Positions 30,121 through 32,000 of a stretch of 32,000 bases of DNA are shown here, one piece after another. The notes under the pieces were generated by a model. The model did not search any database and had not been told where the DNA came from. It was given only the letters and a program-made list of their open reading frames with translations. Numbering within the stretch: the stretch's first letter is position 1; each line of letters begins with the position of its first letter. Where the stretch lies: NCBI RefSeq assembly GCF_000981785.2, contig NZ_CP011304.1, positions 1,470,001 through 1,502,000 of the forward strand. The letters are read 5' to 3'. The position numbers were made by a program, and so were the translations under genes. This DNA comes from Microcystis aeruginosa NIES-2549. GTDB taxonomy: Bacteria; Cyanobacteriota; Cyanobacteriia; Cyanobacteriales; Microcystaceae.

Positions 30121-32000
30121 CTACAGTCCCGCAATTGCCCCTCGCGCCATAGATGCGATCGCTTGTTCCGTGGCCCGGGGTAGATGATAATATTTACCCC
30201 CAGCTTTTAGGGCTAATTCTTTGGCAAAACCAGTGGAGACGAATTTTTTCTCCGTATCGATAACCAGCAGTTTAATGCCTAAAGAGCGAATTTTAGCGGC
30301 AATATCGAGCAGTTCTGCCTTAATATCCGGTTTTTCCCCCTCCGGAATCGGTTCGCCTAGAGATTTCGCCAAAGGAATATTACTTCTCCCGTCGGTAATC
30401 GCCACAATCACCACTTGACCGATATCCCCCGATAAACGGGCATTCATCCCCACATGAACCGCTTGGGTTAAACCGTGGGCCAAAGGGGAACCGCCGCCAC
30501 AGGGCAGGGTTTCTAGACGTTTTTTCGCTAGGGTAATCGATTTGGTTGGCGGCAATAGTACATCTGCTCGCTCACCCCGGAAAGGAATCAGGGCAATCTG
30601 GTCGCGATTTTCGTAAGCTTCCGTTAACAGACGCATAACCGCACCCTTGGCCGACTGCATCCGATTCAGGGCCATGGAACCGGAGGCATCAACGACAAAG
30701 ACAATTAAAGAACCGGCCTTGCGGGCCAGCCGTTTTGAGCGCAGATCCCCTTCTTCTATAATCACATGACGTTCGGGATTCCTCAAGCGACGGGCTTTTT
30801 GATAGGGGGCGGCCGCCCGGAGAGTGGCATCGACGGCGACTCTTTTCACCTTGCCCCGGGGTAACATCGGCTTAATATAACGTCCCCTATCTTCCGAGAA
30901 AATCAGGTTACGCGCCCCCGATTTCCCCTGACGCTGGGCCATCTGGGCAAAATACAGCACACTGGGATCCAGTAAAACCCCTTCCGGGTCGAAAACAAAT
31001 TCTTCCGGCAAATTATCGGGCTGTTCCGGTTCTTTTTCCTCCTCTTTCTCCTCCTCTTTTTCTTCCTGTTCCTGCTGGTTTTCGTCTTGGGGCGGTTCCG
31101 GTGGTGGCGGTGGTGGCGGTGGCTGTTGTTCCTGTTCCGGGGGTGGTGGCGTAATCAGCGATCGAGGTACAATAACTAATTCGACGGCTCTTTTTAAGTC
31201 ATCGGCACTGACTAAATCCCGACCTTCTAAAGCGGCGGCGGCCTTGGCTACTCTCACGGCAAAAATCTCGGCGCGATGACCTTCCACCTTACCGCGCACC
31301 GCTTCCTCCACTAGATAACTAATTTGTTCGGGTTTAATTTTTACCTCTTTTAACCATTCCCTCGCTAGGATAATTTCGGTTTTTAGATCATCGATTTCTT
31401 GGGCATATTGGGCGATAAAAGCGGTGGGAGACACAGCATACTCGATCGCCTGATTGACGGCGGTGACTCGTTGGTCTAAACTGAGGACACCATCGGCGGA
31501 AAGGGCAATGGCAATTCTATCTAATAAATGGGTTCGTAAATCCCCTTCTTCTGGGTTATAAGTAGCGATCAGGATCGGTTTACAGGGATGTTGAAAACTG
31601 ATGCCTTCCCGTTCGATTTGGTTACGTCCTTCGCTTAAAACCGTTAGTAATTGGTTAGCAATTTGGTCATCGAGTAGATTAATTTCATCGACGTAGAGAA
31701 TTCCCCGATGGGCGCTGGCTAATAAACCGGGTTGAAAGACCGGTTCCCCCTGTTTCACCGATTCTTCCACATCGACGGAACCCAATAAACGATCCTCGGT
31801 GACTCCTAGGGGAATCTGCACGAAGGGGGCCCGGATAACTTCCGTGGCGACCTCTCCACTGCTATATTCTTCTTTAGTGCGATCGTCCCATTCATCGGGA
31901 TGGTTGGGATCACAATTAAAGACATTACCTGCGATAATTTCGATCGGTGGCAGTAGGGAATGTATCGCTCGCGCCATGACTGATTTGGCGGTTCCCCGAC
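30121..32000 (-). CDS. chlD: Magnesium chelatase subunit D (N-terminus beyond window end)
   Basis: An AAA+-like N-terminal half (...[19 protein letters not shown]...) is followed by the acidic/Pro-rich linker [40 protein letters not shown] and a C-terminal vWA domain with the MIDAS motif [11 protein letters not shown]. The frame stays open upstream of Met at 31977 (...[20 protein letters not shown]). Confidence 0.93.
   Translation of the reverse strand, partial: RGTAKSVMARAIHSLLPPIEIIAGNVFNCDPNHPDEWDDRTKEEYSSGEVATEVIRAPFVQIPLGVTEDRLLGSVDVEESVKQGEPVFQPGLLASAHRGILYVDEINLLDDQIANQLLTVLSEGRNQIEREGISFQHPCKPILIATYNPEEGDLRTHLLDRIAIALSADGVLSLDQRVTAVNQAIEYAVSPTAFIAQYAQEIDDLKTEIILAREWLKEVKIKPEQISYLVEEAVRGKVEGHRAEIFAVRVAKAAAALEGRDLVSADDLKRAVELVIVPRSLITPPPPEQEQQPPPPPPPPEPPQDENQQEQEEKEEEKEEEKEPEQPDNLPEEFVFDPEGVLLDPSVLYFAQMAQRQGKSGARNLIFSEDRGRYIKPMLPRGKVKRVAVDATLRAAAPYQKARRLRNPERHVIIEEGDLRSKRLARKAGSLIVFVVDASGSMALNRMQSAKGAVMRLLTEAYENRDQIALIPFRGERADVLLPPTKSITLAKKRLETLPCGGGSPLAHGLTQAVHVGMNARLSGDIGQVVIVAITDGRSNIPLAKSLGEPIPEGEKPDIKAELLDIAAKIRSLGIKLLVIDTEKKFVSTGFAKELALKAGGKYYHLPRATEQAIASMARGAIAGL

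Noticed and set aside
31021-31155. Low-complexity GGTGGTGGCGG / CTCCTCTTT DNA that resembles a repeat element.
   Set aside because: It encodes the known Pro-rich and acidic linker between the AAA+ and vWA halves of ChlD. It is an in-frame part of the gene.
1-32000. A search for transposase, integrase, phage, cas, restriction-modification, rRNA and tRNA genes.
   Set aside because: No ORF or sequence in the window showed motifs of these classes. Mobile-element evidence is limited to the small non-autonomous hairpin elements.

Overview
This looks like a cyanobacterial chromosome segment. The HIP1 octamer GCGATCGC occurs at least 11 times by eye (e.g. 4382, 5472, 5836, 11527, 13432, 16593, 17753, 25996, 27497, 29412, 30155), against roughly 0.5 expected by chance in 32 kb. 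The window carries chlD, menB, desD and an SLH/OprB porin. Intergenic regions are full of heptanucleotide CAGTTAT/CAGTGAT-type tandem repeats and small hairpin elements, which fits a Microcystis-like genome; the genus call is inference only. About 27 CDS are supported. Most are housekeeping: gyrB (partial), porin, desD, pgsA, an FHA-fused class A PBP, ilvN, a peptide-type SBP, a pentapeptide protein, DedA, an RRM RNA-binding protein, menB, GT2, an acetyltransferase, ispD and chlD (partial). The standout is a minus-strand head-to-tail cluster from 11627 down to 4313. It encodes, in order: an atypical sigma-70-like protein with only a region-4 HTH recognisable; a DUF1822-like protein; an 855-aa protein with a cytoplasmic CHAT (caspase-like) protease domain (His-Cys dyad intact), one TM helix, TPR and a type-1 periplasmic-binding (LivK-like) domain; a PspA/IM30-like coiled-coil protein; and a stand-alone membrane-anchored TPR+PBP paralog of the CHAT protein's sensor half. 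An orphan OmpR-type response regulator follows after a 153-nt gap. I read this as a candidate ligand-gated transmembrane protease signalling, stress or conflict module, and I cannot match it to a characterised system from memory. Other notable items are an orphan RTX-repeat protein with perfect 27-nt tandem duplications, a tandem duplication of the pgsA 3' end, two MITE-like hairpin elements sharing a purine-rich GGCAA(A/G)AGGCAA core, a HicB-like antitoxin remnant truncated by a heptamer repeat tract, and an orphan minus-strand terminator in the long gyrB-porin spacer. I recognised no rRNA, tRNA, CRISPR array, transposase or integrase.
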